From the NCBI GenBank assembly GCA_965112155.1, contig OZ218102.1: 64,000 nucleotides of DNA. One strand, given 5' to 3'. Each line of letters begins with the position of its first letter. The stretch's first letter is position 1. The DNA comes from Podarcis liolepis. Lineage: Eukaryota. Made by a program: the position numbers and the translations under genes. The notes beneath the pieces are model-generated. The model was given only the letters and a program-made list of their open reading frames with translations. It had not been told where the DNA came from and ran no database searches. Positions 63,433-64,000 of the stretch are shown here, one piece after another.

Positions 63433-63969
63433 CTACACCTGCGAATGAAAACAGATTCTAGGCTCAAGCATCTCTTTGACCAACTTCTGCCTAGGAGCAG
63501 GAATGGGTTTGTCGCTATTATCAACCTGAATTGGCAGGATTTTCACTGTCAGCGAAGGTACCTTTCTGCCAAGGAGTTGGTCTGCGGGGAGCTGCAATAG
63601 GTTGTTTGAAGTGAGGAACAGAAGACGAGATGGAATCAGGAGAACTGTTCTTATGAGAATTATTCCAGATGTTTTCCTTGCCCAATTGATCTGGCATTGT
63701 CTGTGCTCCTGTGGTATATGGCGGCTTATCAGATGGTGGAAGGGGTGCTCTTCTCTTCTTGCCCTTCCCTTCACTAGGGCTTATGGCCTCTTCTTTTGCT
63801 CCTGGAAGCAGGCTTTTCTGCACAAGCATGTGGTGAGAACCGTCAAACATGGCTGCCCATGAAGGTGGCAAATGTTCTTGTTGGCCAATCGGCAGCTCCC
63901 CATTGACTTCCTCAACTTTTCGTTGCACTGTATCAGGGAACGCTTCGTGTTTTACTGGGGAATCAATGC
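63433..63969 (-). CDS. RTKN2: RTKN2 (rhotekin-2) last coding exon, with an apparent +1 frameshift near 63525
   Basis: Minus-strand acceptor ttgtcttttaaaatgtgatAG|GC ATT GAT TCC CCA. Translates IDSPVKHEAFPDTVQRKVEEVNGELPIGQQEHLPPSWAAMFDGSHHMLVQK...GKKRRAPLPPSDK...KQPIAAPRR. A second frame gives DKPIPAPRQKLVKEMLEPRICFHSQV*. Both match my recollection of the RTKN2 C-terminus, and RTKN2 is the known convergent neighbour of ARID5B. Confidence 0.9.
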
Positions 63970-64000
63970 CTATCACATTTTAAAAGACAATATAAAATTC

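Noticed and set aside
63521-63530. Programmed ribosomal frameshift as an explanation for the RTKN2 frame change
   Set aside because: I recognise no slippery sequence or stimulatory structure at the site. A single-base indel is the simpler explanation.

Overview
This is vertebrate genomic DNA from a squamate. Sauria-type SINEs suggest a lacertid lizard, but that is an inference. It is not prokaryotic, so most short ORFs in the track are spurious. The + strand carries the 3' part of ARID5B as five coding exons (399-603, 3939-3991, 12927-13024, 33053-33251, 39066-41207). These are probably exons 6-10 by human numbering and splice with consistent GT-AG phases into 898 codons plus stop, including the whole ARID domain. 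A ~5.5 kb 3' UTR ends near AATAAA at 46741. The - strand at the right edge carries the last coding exon of RTKN2, matching the conserved tail-to-tail ARID5B-RTKN2 arrangement. Introns and intergenic DNA hold Sauria SINEs, tRNA-Lys/CR1-tailed SINEs, CR1 and L1 fragments, hAT and Tc1/mariner MITEs, microsatellites and one 147-N gap. I found no convincing new biological system. The best leads are (1) an apparent 1-bp frameshift removing the conserved C-terminus of RTKN2, (2) two nested inverted SINE pairs bracketing an ARID-domain exon, (3) cryptic or recursive splice-site configurations at two ARID5B exons, (4) a young hAT MITE carrying TTAGGG repeats, and (5) an L1 insertion at a candidate RTKN2 polyadenylation site. 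Statements about human orthologues and repeat-family names come from memory, not database searches.
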